NCBI GenBank assembly: GCA_951406725.2
Contig: OX597823.1
Location: 3,224,001 to 3,288,000 of the forward strand
Reading direction: 5' to 3'
Source: Octopus vulgaris
Taxonomy: Eukaryota
DNA: 64,000 bases
Shown: piece after piece, positions 1-12,232 of the stretch
Numbering within the stretch: the stretch's first letter is position 1
Layout: each line of letters opens with the position of its first letter
The notes under the pieces: model-generated
Database searches by the model: none
Told to the model about the DNA's origin: nothing
The model's input: the letters and a program-made list of their open reading frames with translations, nothing else
Program-made: the position numbers and the translations under genes

Positions 1-866
1 CTGGTCGCTCCTTGCAGTGATATAGATGATCTTCGTCGATGCCTCCACCAAGTTTGGAGATGGTCAAATGAATGGGACCTGTGTCTGAACGTGTCAAAGT
101 GCTGTCATCTGCCTGTTGGCTCCTCTCCTGCAACTCAACTTGATTTCGAGCCGGGTCGTCTGCTGCTGGAGAAGACCGACCAAGTAAAGGACCAGGGTAT
201 CTTGGTGGATTCTTCCTTTTCGCCTTCGGCTCAGTGCGTCTGTGCTGCCAACAAAGCACACGGAGTTCTGTTTTTGATTCGACGGTCATTCGGAAAGTTC
301 ACAGCAGCCATATTTCTACCGCTCTATGTCACACTGGTGAGACCCATATTGGAGTACTGGATTCAAGCCTCTTCTCCTTATCTCCTCAAAGACATACATC
401 ATCTCGAAAGAGTCCAGAAGCTGGCTACCTGCATGGTTCTTGGTCTTAAGCATTTGTCTTATGAAGAAAGGCTGAAGACGCTCGACCTTTATTCTCTAGA
501 AAAACGCCGCCGCCGTGGTGATCTCATTCTCGCTCATCATAAGCAGAAAGTGTAACCTCTCGAAAGAACTGTTGTTCACTCCTGCTCCAGAGCGTGGGCT
601 GCGGGGTCACTCCGAAAAGCTCTATCTACGATGATTTCATCTCAATAGAAGGAGAAGGGCTTTCTCCACCCGGGTTGCGGATCCGTGGAATAAGCTGCCG
701 GACGAGATTGTGAAGATGCCGACGACCGTTCGGTTCAAAGTCTCTCTTGACCAGAAATGGCCTGAACTCTTTGTATAACCACCCTCCCTGTACATTACTC
801 CCTGTCCCCCTACATGGCCTTGCTTTTGCTTTTTGAGCCAATGAAAATTGAATTGAATTGAATTGA
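1..866 (+). mobile_element. CR1-clade LINE 3' part (ORF2 C-terminus, frameshifted) with (AATTG)n tail
   Basis: Frame 1 reads WRWSNEWDLCLNVSKC...LYVTLVRPILEY...LERVQKLAT...SYEERLKTLDLYSLEKRRRRGDLI. After a frameshift come LRGHSEKL and FSTRVADPWNKLPDEIV, stop at about 776-778, then AATTG repeats at 847-866. Confidence 0.88.
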
Positions 867-1394
867 AAAATGATAATCAGATGAGGCAATATCTAGTGTA
901 TATGGTGGGTCGGGCATCGTTTCCAAATCAAACTGCTCCAAGCTTTGGAATATCATCCTCGCTGTCTGTGGCCAAGCGTTATCCTCATGGAAGAACACCT
1001 TTCGTCTTGAAACCAATGATGGTCGTTTTTCTTCTAGTGCTGTCTTAAGCCACTCAAGCTGCTTACAGATGATCTCTTTTGTTATCGTTTGGTTTGGGTT
1101 TAAAAGTTTGAAGTGAACTTTCATATCCCATCAAACAGATAACACCACCTTATGTGGGTGAAAACCTTCTTTAGTCTGGGGTGCAAAATATGCCGAAAAT
1201 GTTCCTTTGTCACTTCCATTATAGCTTTGAGAAAGTAACTGTTAAAATCGAACTACACTCTTCAAAACTTGCACCAAAAATATGAGTAACTTCCTACTTT
1301 TAGAGCAAGTTGATAGAGGTAGTTTATCCCGTCCCCATCCGACTTCTAGTTTAGGCAGTAGAAAAAACTGCATTATTTATGGGAGGACCCATTA
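867..1394 (-). mobile_element. Internally deleted mariner relic, cut at its 3' side by the CR1 insertion
   Basis: Minus strand: ATG at 1219 gives MEVTKEHFRHIL, which jumps to a HPHKVVLSV-WDMK block and then KVFFHEDNAWPQTA...PDPPYTLDIASSDYHF. One TIR-like end at about 1365-1394. Confidence 0.8.
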
Positions 1395-1449
1395 TATTGG
1401 CTACAAATAAACCTCTATATTATTTGGCTTTTGTTGATGGGCTCTCCAC

Positions 1450-2352
1450 TCCCTTATCAGTGAGCTATGTGGAAGCTAGGGATAGATAAGTAGTTGGTGA
1501 GAGCTGTACAAGCCATGTACATGGATGTTGGCAGTAAAGTGAAGGCTAGCAATGAGTATAGCAAGGAACTTAGTTTACAGGTAGGAATTCACCAGGGATC
1601 AGTTCTTGTCCCCCACTTGTTTATCATAGTCCTCCTGGCCATAACAGGGTAATTTAAGACAGGTAACCTTGGGAGCTCCTTTACACTGAAGACCTTGTTC
1701 TTATTGCTGAATCATTACCAGGACTAGAGAAGAAATTTCAAGTGTGGTAGTAGGGTCTGGAATCAAAGGATTAATTTAGCAAAGACCAAAGTTCTAGTAA
1801 GTAGGAAAACAGACAGGTCACTGGTCCCTTCAGGGATATGGCCCTGCTCAACATGTAGGAAAGGTATGGTAGAGACTCCATCTCCATACGATGTACCCAA
1901 TGCAAACTATGGACACAAAAGAGGTGCAGTAGTATCACAAAAAGGGATAACAGAGAAAGTTGTCTTTATATGTGGTAGATGTGCAGGTATATTAAACAGT
2001 AGCAATGTACAGAAAACAGTCTCCTTTAAATGACAGGGAGGATCCTTAGAAGTAATAAACAGTTTTTGTTACTTGGGTAACTAAGTTAGCAGTAGAGGAA
2101 GTAGTTCTGAAAGCGTACCTAAGAATGGGCTGGGCAAAGTTCAGAGAGTTACTACTTTTGTTAGTTAAAAAAGGGCTTCTGAGTGAAAGTGAAAGGCAGA
2201 TTGTATGATGCCTGTGTACAAACAGCTATGCTACATGACAATGAGACATGAGCTGTGGCTGCTGAGGACATGAAGCTGGCATGCTCTGCTGGATGTGCAA
2301 TGTCAGTGTGCATATACAACAGAGGGTAGATAATTTGAAAGAAAAATTGGGT
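1450..2352 (+). mobile_element. Degenerate RTE-clade LINE ORF2 fragment (same family as 24077-26097)
   Basis: Decayed but recognisable motifs: RAVQAMY, VGIHQGSVL, LLYTEDLVLIAES, WPCSTCRKG...[22 protein letters not shown]; many stops. Confidence 0.85.
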
Positions 2353-2420
2353 ATATAATATATATACATACATCATATACACACATCTATATATATGTAT
2401 ATCTGTATATATATATATAT

Positions 2421-2716
2421 CATCATCATCATCGTCCGTTTTCCATGCTAGCATGGGTTGGACGGTTTGACCGGGGATCTGGGAAGCCAGAAGGCTGCCC
2501 CAGGCTCCGGTCTTATCTGGCAATGTTTCTACAGCTGGATGCCCTTCCTAACGCCAACCACTCGGTGAGTGTAGTGGGTGCTTTTTACGTGCCACCTGCA
2601 CTGGAGCCGGGCGAGGCTGGCATCGGCCACGGGCGGATTGGTGCATTTTACGTGCCACCTGCACGGAAGCCAGTCGAGGCGGCGCTGGCATCGGCCACGA
2701 TTCGGATAGTGTCTTT
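2421..2716 (-). mobile_element. RTE 3'-tail copy (5'-truncated) ending in (GAT)n
   Basis: Reverse complement of ...GGCGTTAGGAAGGGCATCCAGCTGTAGAAAC...CCAACCCATGCTAGCATGGAAA...GATGATGAT, the same tail attached to RTE ORF2 at 24077-24710. Confidence 0.85.
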
Positions 2717-3107
2717 TACTCTTTTACTTGTTTCACTCATTTGACTGTGGCCATGCTGGAGCACCGCCTTTAGTCGAGCAAATCGACCCCGGGACTTATT
2801 CTTTGTAAGCCCAGTACTTATTCTATCGGTCTCTTTTGCCGAACCGCTAAGTGACGGGGACGTAAACACACCAGCATCGGTTGTCAAGCAATGCTAGGGG
2901 GACAAACACAGACACACACATACATACATATATATACATATATACGACAGGCTTCTTTCAGTTTCCGTCTACCAAATCCACTCACAAGGCATTGGTCGGC
3001 CCGGGGCTATAGCAGAAGACACTTGCCCAAGATGCCACGCAGTGGGACTGAACCCGGAACCATGTGGTTGGTTAGCAAGCTACTTACCACACAGCCACTC
3101 CTGCGCC
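2717..3107 (-). mobile_element. tRNA-derived SINE, family 1 (about 390 bp), near full length
   Basis: Minus-strand head GGCGCAGGAGTGGCTGTGTGGTAAG (A box) ...GGTTCAGTCCC (B box), central TA/TG microsatellite, 3' GAAACAAGTAAAAGA; more than 10 copies in the window. Confidence 0.85.
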
Positions 3108-3436
<329 letters not shown>

Positions 3437-3600
3437 TACTACACTCACGGAGTGGTTGGCGTTAGGAAGGGCATCCAGCTGTAGAAACATTGCCAGATTA
3501 GACTGGAGCCTGGTGCAGCCTTCTGGCTTCCCAGAACCCCGGTCGAACCGTCCAACCCATGCTAGCATGGAGAACGGACGTTAAACGATGATGATGATGA
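3437..3600 (+). mobile_element. RTE 3'-tail copy
   Basis: Near-identical inverted copy of 2421-2580, ending GATGATGATGA directly against the mariner TIR. Confidence 0.85.
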
Positions 3601-4888
3601 TTAGGTTGGCCAAAAAGTCCGTTGGTTTTTTTTTTTAGGTGAGAATCAAAACAAAGTAAACAATTGTGAAAAATGTATTTAATCAATACAATAGTTACCA
3701 TTTGCTTCTATAACCTTTCGCCACCTGTTGGGTAGATCTTTAATCCCCTGTTTGAAGAATTTAGGTTCTTTATTAGCAAAAAAAGTTTCCAAGAAAGTTT
3801 TCACGTCTTCATCAAAATTTAAATTTTTTCCATTCAAAGAATTTTGCAGTGACCGAAACAGATGGAAATCTGATGGGGCCAGATCTGGATAGTACGGAGG
3901 GTGAGGCAAAACTTCCCACTCAAGCTGCAGCAACTTCTGCCGAGTAATCAAAGCAGTGTGTGGCCTTGCATTGTTGTGGTGGAAAACAACACCTTTGCGA
4001 TTCACCAGTTCTGGCTGTTTTTGATGAAGAGCCGTGTTTAATTTATCCAGTTGTTCACAATAAACCTCTGAATTGATGGTTTTATTCAAGGGAAGAAGTT
4101 CAAACAAGATAACACCCTTCCAATCCCACCATATCGATAACGGAACTTTCTTCGGGTGAAGACCTGCTTTGGATGTTCGTTTTGGAGAATCCCCTGCTTT
4201 TTTCCATGATCTTCTTCGTTTCACATTATTGTAAACTACCCACTTTTCATCCCCAGTTACAATTCTTCTCAAAAAGGGTTCGTTGTTTTCCCTTTTCAGT
4301 AATGAATCACAAATGGAAACCCTCTGGACAAGATTTGCTTCTGTCAATTTATGGGGAACCCAAACATCAAGTTTAGAAACGGAACCAAGTTTATGCAATT
4401 CATTTTCCACACTTGTTTTGGATATGGTGAGAATATCTGCGATTTGTCTGGTTGTAAGGCTGCAGTCTTTTTTGACTACAGCTCTCAGTTGGTCGATGTC
4501 AATTTCTTTTTGCCGGCCAGAGTGAGGTGCATCTCTTACTGAAAAATTCCCTGATCGAAATCGAGCAAACCATTTCTGGAACACCCGTTCTGAAACAGCA
4601 TTCTTTCCATACACATTGCATAACTTTCGGCAAGTTTCTGTTGCTTTCTTTCCTTTTCTGAAGTAAAAAAGCATAAGATGCCGATAGTGCTCTGCCTGGT
4701 CTTCCATGTCTAGGCTCAAATGCAATCAAACAAGTTGCAATCTCTCTCCTTTGAGGCTTGTTACACACTGATGTAACCTTGGTCGTTATACCGAATACAG
4801 TTTCTAAAGAAAAAGAATATTGGAACAGTGATTAGAAGACCGGACAGTTGATACTAAAAAAAATGGACGGACTTTTTGGCCAACCCAA
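3601..4888 (-). mobile_element. Full-length mariner (Tc1/mariner DD34D), mellifera-subfamily-like, about 1.29 kb
   Basis: TIRs TTAGGTTGGCCAAAAAGTCCG (3601) and CGGACTTTTTGGCCAACCCAA (ends 4888), followed by TA; encloses one uninterrupted transposase ORF. Confidence 0.95.
3679..4707 (-). CDS. Mariner transposase, 342 aa from ATG (MEDQAEHYRHLMLFYFRKGK...); second catalytic Asp replaced by Asn
   Basis: HTH region, WVPHKL, TGDEKW, HHNNARPH (canonical HDNARPH), HPPYYPDLAPSDFHLFRSLQN. Confidence 0.93.
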   Translation of the reverse strand: MEDQAEHYRHLMLFYFRKGKKATETCRKLCNVYGKNAVSERVFQKWFARFRSGNFSVRDAPHSGRQKEIDIDQLRAVVKKDCSLTTRQIADILTISKTSVENELHKLGSVSKLDVWVPHKLTEANLVQRVSICDSLLKRENNEPFLRRIVTGDEKWVVYNNVKRRRSWKKAGDSPKRTSKAGLHPKKVPLSIWWDWKGVILFELLPLNKTINSEVYCEQLDKLNTALHQKQPELVNRKGVVFHHNNARPHTALITRQKLLQLEWEVLPHPPYYPDLAPSDFHLFRSLQNSLNGKNLNFDEDVKTFLETFFANKEPKFFKQGIKDLPNRWRKVIEANGNYCID

Positions 4889-4924
4889 TATATGTATATA
4901 TCTATATGTATGTATATATATAAC

Positions 4925-5266
4925 CGTTACCAGCGTCGCCTTACTGGCACTTGTGCTGGTGGCATGTGAAAAACAACATTCAAGCGAGGTCGTTGCCAGT
5001 GCCGCTGGAATGGCTCCTGTGCAGGTGGCACGTAAAAAAACACCATTTGAGCATGGCCGTTGTCAGTACTGCCTAACTGGCCCTCGTGCCGGTGGTATAT
5101 AAAAGCACCCACTACACTCTGAGTGGTTGGCATTAGGAAGGGCATCCAGCTGTAGAAACTCTGCTAGATCAGATTGGGGCCTGGTGCAGCCACCTGGCTT
5201 GCCAGTCCTCAGTCAAACCGTCCAACCCATGCTAGCATGGAAAGCAGTTGTTAAACGATGATGATG
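4925..5266 (+). mobile_element. RTE 3'-tail copy with internal hairpin repeats
   Basis: Repeated GTGCC/GGCAC-AAAA-CACC units, then the conserved tail and GATGATGAT. Confidence 0.85.
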
Positions 5267-5623
5267 TAGTTTTGTTTCTGGAGTCCACCAGATCTGGAAA
5301 CCTCGGGACATACTTAGATTGATGAAAAAATCGATAATATGGCTCCTTGAAGGGACCTTTATATCTATCTCATAACTAATTTTGAAAAAAACACCCAAGG
5401 GAAATAACCCATAGCACCTGTACAATATTTTTTTTAAACACTCAAGGGAAATAACCCATTTCACTGTTTATGTTCAGTTACTTTGAATATTGATTTTTTG
5501 TGTGTCCAATTACTAATTTTTGCAGACAATATCACTTGTATACTTTATTTGACATGTGGCATACTTAGATTGTTGAAAAACATCGATAATAGGGCACTTC
5601 CAATGGATCCTTCCATGTACTAC

Positions 5624-6314
5624 ATCATCATCATCATCGTTTAACGTCCGCTTTCCATGCTAGCATGGGTTGGACGGTTCAACTGGGGTCTGGGAAGCCC
5701 GAAGGCTGCATCAGGCCCAGTCTGATCTGGCAGAGTTTCTACAGCTGGATGCCCTTCCTAACGCCAACCACTCCGTGAGTGTAGTGGGTGCTTTTTATGT
5801 GCCACCGACACAGGTGCCAGACGAGGCTGGCGAACGGCCACGCTTGGATGGTGTTTTTTACATGCCACCGGCACAGAGGCCAGGCGAGGCTGGCACGGCC
5901 ACGATCGGATGGTGTTTGTTACGTGCCACCAACACGGAGGCCAGTTGATGCGGTACTGGCTACGGCCACGTTCGGATGGTTTTCTTATGTGCCACCGGCA
6001 CTGGTACCACAAAACTACAAATTCCATTGATGTTCATTGATTTTGATTTGATTCTTTGATTTTGATTTTCACTTGCCTCAACAGGTCTTCACAAGTAGAG
6101 TTATGTGTCCCAAGAAGGAAGGTATGCACAGATGGACTGACTACGTCCCAGGTAGGGGCCATGGATTATGGCCTCACTTGTCCTGCCGGGTCTTCTCGCG
6201 CACAGCATACTTCCAAAGGTCTTGGTCTCTGGTCATTTCCTCGGTGAGACCTAAAGAGCGAAGGTCGTTCTTCACCACCTCATCCCAGATTTTCCTGGGT
6301 CTACCTCTTCTACA
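5624..6314 (-). mobile_element. RTE LINE 3' end (last ORF2 codons, 3'UTR and tail)
   Basis: Minus strand RGRPRKIWDEVVKNDLRSLGLTEEMTRDQDLWKYAVREKTRQDK, then hairpin repeats and (GAT)n. Confidence 0.88.
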
Positions 6315-8090
6315 TATTACTAATATTTAAACAACCCAAGAGAAATAACCCATACCAGCTGCAGATTTTAGCAAAGCGATCAATATTTGATTCTTATGAT
6401 CAGCCGACCTAATTCTGCATTTCATTACTCAGTTTTGAACTGCTAAACATTATTATTGCACTTCCTTAATTTGAATTTTGAACATTAAAGACTTCATTCA
6501 TACATTTCTATACATACATACTTTTTTGAATGCCCATTGCTATGATAATTCTGCATTTTTACAGTCACACGTTTTCCATGACAGTAGATAAATTTTTTAT
6601 TTCACAACGTATTCCTAACATCTTTAAAATACGTTTCTAAACAGTGGCTTATTTTTGGTTGCAATCAGGTAATGCATTGCATTTTCCCCGACCAACTGTG
6701 ACATGGTCAAGTGGTAGACCTGCCATCTTGTTTTTAAATCTTGTGTTAGGTATAGATGAGATTTTAGTTTTGAATCCGCTTAATTGTACACTGGCACATG
6801 TTGATCGAAAATCTCTTCATTTGCAGATAAGTCAGAGATTCTGATTGAAATAGTGGTAACAGACGAGATGACAATGGACTGAAATGTCTGGCAATATGAG
6901 ATTCTGGAAGTACTCTGTTCCACTTACATGTACCATTTTTTCACACACTTTACCCCAATAAACCAAACTACCCCTCCTCTTCCTCGCATCTCTTCTTCAT
7001 GCGCTATGCTTATCTTTCCCTCCCCTCTCCTGCAGCCCAATCCTTTCCTCCCTGCCAACTGCCATCCTGTCCTGCCCCCATACACCCAGGTTTTCCCAGT
7101 CACTCTATTCTCCCCCTCTTTTTGCATTCACATGAATTACCTACTCATGTACCCTGGCCAATCCTCTACCCCCTTGATATTCACATCCTCACACCTTGAA
7201 AGTATGTCCTGGCACATTGCCACCATCTTTCTTGCTCCCCCCTCTCTTTCTGATTGAGGTTACCAAGTCTCTTCTCTACAGCAAGACACCTGTTTCTGTC
7301 CCTCTGTCATACTCTAACCTCTCATCACCTGGCACAAAGCCACCTCCTGTCTTGACATCACCTGATGGTTGTAGATGAGTTGCTCCAGGATACAAGCAGA
7401 GTGGTTTATTTCCCGTCTTGTATTTCTGGCTATGGAAATATTAACCTTGTTTGGAAGCGGGTGGAGGTGGGTGACAGGAAGGGCATCCAACTGTAGAAAA
7501 TCTTCTTCGATAAATTTCTCAAACCCATGCAAACATGGAAAAGTGGACGTTAAACAGTGACAAAACCACCCCCAGGTCCTTTGGATTTTGATCCTTTTTT
7601 CTTTTTCTAGAATTAGTTGTGTTAAGGAATTCTTCTCATCATTGTCAGTCTTCCTGCAGTCGTTCCACATTGTTACACAACCGTTTGATGTGTTAGCAGA
7701 AAATATAAATTCAATTAGAAAAAATTGTTCAGTGAATAAGTAATATTTCTTTGGAGTTAACGGAACTTTGTTACCAATATCCACATTGCATTTTTAAACT
7801 GATTTTCTAAAATTTAACTTGAAATAACATGAATTTTTCTTGCCTTTTCCCAATACATTTGGTCCCTGTTAGTGGCTTCCTCATCTATTCATTCAACATA
7901 TTCCACAATTTTCTTTTTAAAATGAAAAAACTGACTTTTTGGCTGTGTTAAAAATTTTACTTCCCAACCACACGGTACCAGGTTCAATCCCACTGCTTGG
8001 CCCCCTTGGGTAAGTTTCTTCTACTCTAGCCTCTCAGTTTGACCAAAGCCTTGTGAGTGGGTTTGGTAGATGGAAACCTAAAGTAGCCTG

Positions 8091-8121
<31 letters not shown>

Positions 8122-8123
<2 letters not shown>

Positions 8124-8290
8124 TTCTTTACTACCCACAAGGGCTAAACACAGACGGGACAAACAAGGACAGACAAACAGATTAAGTCGATTATATCGAC
8201 CCCAGTGTGTAACTGGTACTTAATTCATCGACCCCGAAAGGATGAAAGGCAAAGTCGACCTCGGCGGAATTTGAACTCGGAACGTGACGA
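8122..8290 (-). mobile_element. SINE family 3, 3' part
   Basis: Reverse complement of GAGTTCAAATTCCGCCGAGGTCGACTTTGCCTTTCATCCTTTCGGGGTCGATGAATTAAGTACCAG; same core as the cluster at 49065-52540. Confidence 0.8.
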
Positions 8291-8694
8291 TATATGTGTA
8301 GGCCAATTCACTTGACTGAAAGCTCTTCAATGCAGTGCCCCAGCATGGCCACAGTCTAATGTCTGAAACAAATAAAAGATATAAGAAAAATTTACATGGT
8401 TTTCTTCTTAAATTTCTTGAATAAATAAATGTTCATAACTGTACAATTTGCTCCAAGAAAATGTCTTCATTATAACGACGAGATAAACGTTGGCAACTTT
8501 TGTCCCCTTTTCAAGTAAAATATTGATCCTGTTAAAAGGTGATATTGCCTTTAGCAACACATTTTCCTGCAGGTGTTGTTTCAAATATTCTTGAACCATG
8601 GGGACATGTGACACACATACTTCCAGCAGGGGTTTTTGTGTCCAGCACTTCTGTCATCTTGACCCAACCCGTCAAACTCCCAATATCCCTTACT

Positions 8695-9070
8695 TTATCT
8701 TTTACTTCTTAGTCAGCTGAGTGTGGCCATACTGGGGCAGCACTGCATTGAAGAAGTTTAGTCAAATGGATCAACCCTGGTACTTATTCTTTTTAAGTTT
8801 GATACTTATTCTGTCAGTCTCTTTTGCTGAACTGCTAAGTTATGAGGACATAAACACATCAACACTGGTTGTGAAGCAGTGAGGCTGGGGGACAAACACA
8901 GACAGAAAGACATGTGCACACACACATATACAACAGGCTTCTTTCAGTTTCCATCTACTAAATCCACTCACAAGGCTTTGGGTAAGTGTCTTTTATAGCA
9001 GATGACACTTGCCCAAGGTGTCATGCAGTGTGGCTGAACCTAGAACCATGTGGTTGTGAAGCAAGCTTCT
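8695..9070 (-). mobile_element. SINE family 1, head interrupted by a LINE fragment
   Basis: Collinear with 2717-3107. Confidence 0.8.
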
Positions 9071-9074
9071 TTAT

Positions 9075-9812
9075 TTTGTAAAAATTTGCCATGCAGGCAT
9101 TGCACAGAGGGGACGAACGAGGACAGAGAAACATGAAAGGGTGAAGAAGCGTTGTCGATTAAAAGTTCTGTTTTAAATGAATGGTGAAATGCGATTAAAA
9201 ATTGTGAAATTAAAAATCCAATGATTTCACATTGCCACATGCAATGTATCTTCTGAAGGAAAGGCACCCGACCACCAGGGTAGGACCTTTGCTTTTCTTC
9301 CAGGGCTCCACTTACCCGGTGCCACTCACTCCCAGCTTTCTTGCCACAAGCTTCCATCTTTTACCTATTCTCTCTCGTGACAGGTACCTCTTCTGTAACC
9401 TGATTTTACTGCTGAGTTGTTAACTAAAAAAGTTGACCAACCCCTGGCCAGATACAAAGGTACCCATCACTATTCCCCTTCACACACGTCTTCCATACTG
9501 TTTCTTTCAGTATGGCTACTACGCAGAAAAGGCAAGCCTTCCTTTCCCTGTTAAGGGCAGGCGGTGGCACAATCTCGATGATAGATTCAGCTGATAGCTG
9601 TACTCTTCCCATCGATGACAACAGTTGTTCTACGAAAGCTATCAGTCCCGTTAATTCCTGACCCTCCATAAATGCGTGCAAGACGGTTTCCCTGTCCTGC
9701 CCGCACCTCGGACATGTCGGCGAGACAGTACTTCCATGCCTTGATGGTTTATCGTGAACAGGTAACTTGGAAGCACTGCCAAGCCAGTTACCCCACAGCT
9801 ACTCTTAAACCT
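9075..9812 (-). mobile_element. Tx1/L1-clade LINE 3' end with CCHC (zf-RVT-like) knuckle, degenerate
   Basis: Minus strand LPVHDKPSRHGSTVSPTCPRCGQDRETVLHAFME...VAILKETVWKT, typical of the L1/Tx1 ORF2 C-terminus. Confidence 0.7.
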
Positions 9813-10657
9813 CTACAAAGGTGTCTAGGTATTTTACAGAATTCTTGATGCAGAGACATAAAACTCGTTTGTTGGGCAATGACCAACCTCCTTTCAGTCA
9901 CACATTATTCATTGTTGTTTGTTGTTTCACTGAAACACATGTCCTCTGTCAGTGACCCTTTCAGTATAGTCTCACTACTGGCCCTTTTTTAAAAACCAAA
10001 TTCTTATCTCTTGCAGACCACCATATTCATCATTATTTTAAAAATTTCTTTCTTCTTGAAGGGGCTACAAAAGGTTAGCATCAGTTTCTGCTCTTGGTAG
10101 CAATGCTTTTGTTATTCTGTAAATAATTCATGAAGATATAACTATAAATAGTTGTACAAAGACCATTTACATACGAGATAGAAATACAACAGGTAACATA
10201 TATAAGCAGTCACTGTTGTAGGTTAAGAGGTCTTCAACTTGTAATCAAACTGTAATCCATCTTGGCTTCTCAGCCCTACAGCAATGAGTGTCTCAGCATA
10301 TACATTACTCTCTCTCACACGCATGTGTGTGTGTGTGTATGTGTGTACGTATTGAGAGAGAGAGAGAGAGAGCAGATAGTCTACAGCATGTAGTCAAAAG
10401 GTGCTTGAAACAGGTATCCATTCTTTTCTTGTTTCTTTTTCCTTGCCTTAATCTCTTTTATTATGCCCCACTGTTCCACTGAAACATTCTTCTGCTCCTT
10501 TCTTTTGACACACAGTTCACGAGGGGGGGGGGCATTTTCTTTTTGTTCATTCTTTTGTTTACATTTTGTCCATTGCCTTTTGAATTTTAGTTTACCTCAA
10601 ACTGCCTCTCTCTTTTCCTCCTCATTCTGTTTAGGCTGTTTACAAACATATATATGT

Positions 10658-11048
10658 GGAGGTGCAATGGCCCAGTGGTTAGGACAGCGGACTCGTGGTT
10701 GTAGGATCACAGTTTCGATTCCCAGACTGGGCGTTGTGAGTGTTTCTTGAGCAAAAACACTTAAAGCTCCACGAGGCTCCGGCAGGGGGGTGGGGGTGGT
10801 GGCAAACCCTGGCATACCCTTTCACCACAACTTTCTCTCTCTCTTCCTTTTTCTGTTTCTGTTGTACTTGTATTTCAAAGGACCAGCCTTGTCACACTCT
10901 GCATCACACTGAATCTCCTTGAGGACTACATTAAGGGTACATGTGTCTGTGGAGTGCACAGCCACTTGCCCGTTAATTTCACAAGCAGGCTGTTCTGTTG
11001 ATCGGATCAACTGGAACCCTCATCGGCATAACTAACGCCATGCCACGA
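10658..11048 (+). mobile_element. tRNA-derived SINE, family 2
   Basis: Head GGTGCAATGGCCCAGTGGTTAGG...GTTTCGATTCCC (A/B boxes). Other or related copies at 55140-55425(-), 45440-45610, 19360-19660, 27165-27460, 33085-33365(-), 33685-34005(-). Confidence 0.82.
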
Positions 11049-11134
11049 TATATATATATACATATATATATATATCATATATATACTAGCAGAGATACCC
11101 GGCATTGCTCAGGATTAAAGTGGCAGAGTTTTTA

Positions 11135-11427
11135 ATTGTTTTACTTGTTTCAGTCATGTAAATGTAGCCATGCTGGAGCACCACCTTTAGTTGAACAAAT
11201 CGACCAAAGGATTTATTCTTTGTAAACCTAGTACTTATTCTGTTGGTGTCTTTTGCTGAACCACTAAGTTACAGGGACTTAAACACAACATTGGTTGTCA
11301 AGCAATGGTGGGAGTACAAACACACACAAATATATACAGATATATGAGAGTCTTCTTTCAGTTTCTGTGTATGAAAACTACTCACAAGGTTTTGGTTGGC
11401 CTGAGGCTTTAGTATAATATATATATG

Positions 11428-11460
<33 letters not shown>

Positions 11461-11478
11461 GTACATACATACATACAT

Positions 11479-11531
<53 letters not shown>

Positions 11532-11700
11532 CATATATATATGCAGGTGTGGCTTTGTGGTAAGAGGCTTGCTTCTGAACAACATGGTGCTGGTTTCAGT
11601 CTCACTGCGTGGCACCTTGGGCAAGTGTCTTCTACTATAGTGTCAGGCTGACCAAAGTTTCTGAGTGGATTTGGTAGATGGAAACTGAAAGAAGCCCATC

Positions 11701-11705
<5 letters not shown>
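11135..11705. mobile_element. Two family-1 SINE pieces in opposite orientation around a (TA)n tract
   Basis: 11135-11410 minus (3' two-thirds); 11542-11705 plus (5' half). Confidence 0.78.
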
Positions 11706-11748
<43 letters not shown>

Positions 11749-11839
11749 TCCTTCCCTTCTTTCCTGAGCGTCAAATAATACTTTAATTGTTCCATGTCCT
11801 TGCGTTGCTGTGTTTTTTTCTGTGTTTTCTTGTTTGGAT

Positions 11840-11882
<43 letters not shown>

Positions 11883-11940
11883 CTCTATATATATGTATCT
11901 CTATATATATAAAACTGAGAATGTGTGTCTGTCTGTGTGT

Positions 11941-12232
11941 TTCCCTAAAACTTGAGAACTACATAACCAATTTCATTCAAATTTTACATATGCCTTACTT
12001 AGGGTCCATGTAGTTTCATGGGCAAAAAAAATGTTCAACTTCTTGCCTAGGGCGAGCCCATAGCAATATCATATCTTCTCCACTACGATTCCCTAAAACT
12101 TGAGAACTACACAACCAATTTCATTCAAATTTTACACATGCCTTACTTAGGGTCCATGTAGTTTCATGGGCAAAAAAATGTTCAACTTCTTGCCTAGGGC
12201 GAGCCCATAGCAATATCATATCTTCTCCACTA
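11941..12232. repeat. Tandem duplication, 148-bp period, 2 copies
   Basis: TTCCCTAAAACTTGAGAACTAC... starts at 11941 and at 12089; copies are nearly identical. Confidence 0.95.

Noticed and set aside
10658-10735. tRNA gene candidates (also 55350-55425 and heads near 3030-3107 and 19365)
   Set aside because: The A/B boxes run into multi-copy SINE bodies and I could not fold a clean cloverleaf; these are SINE heads.
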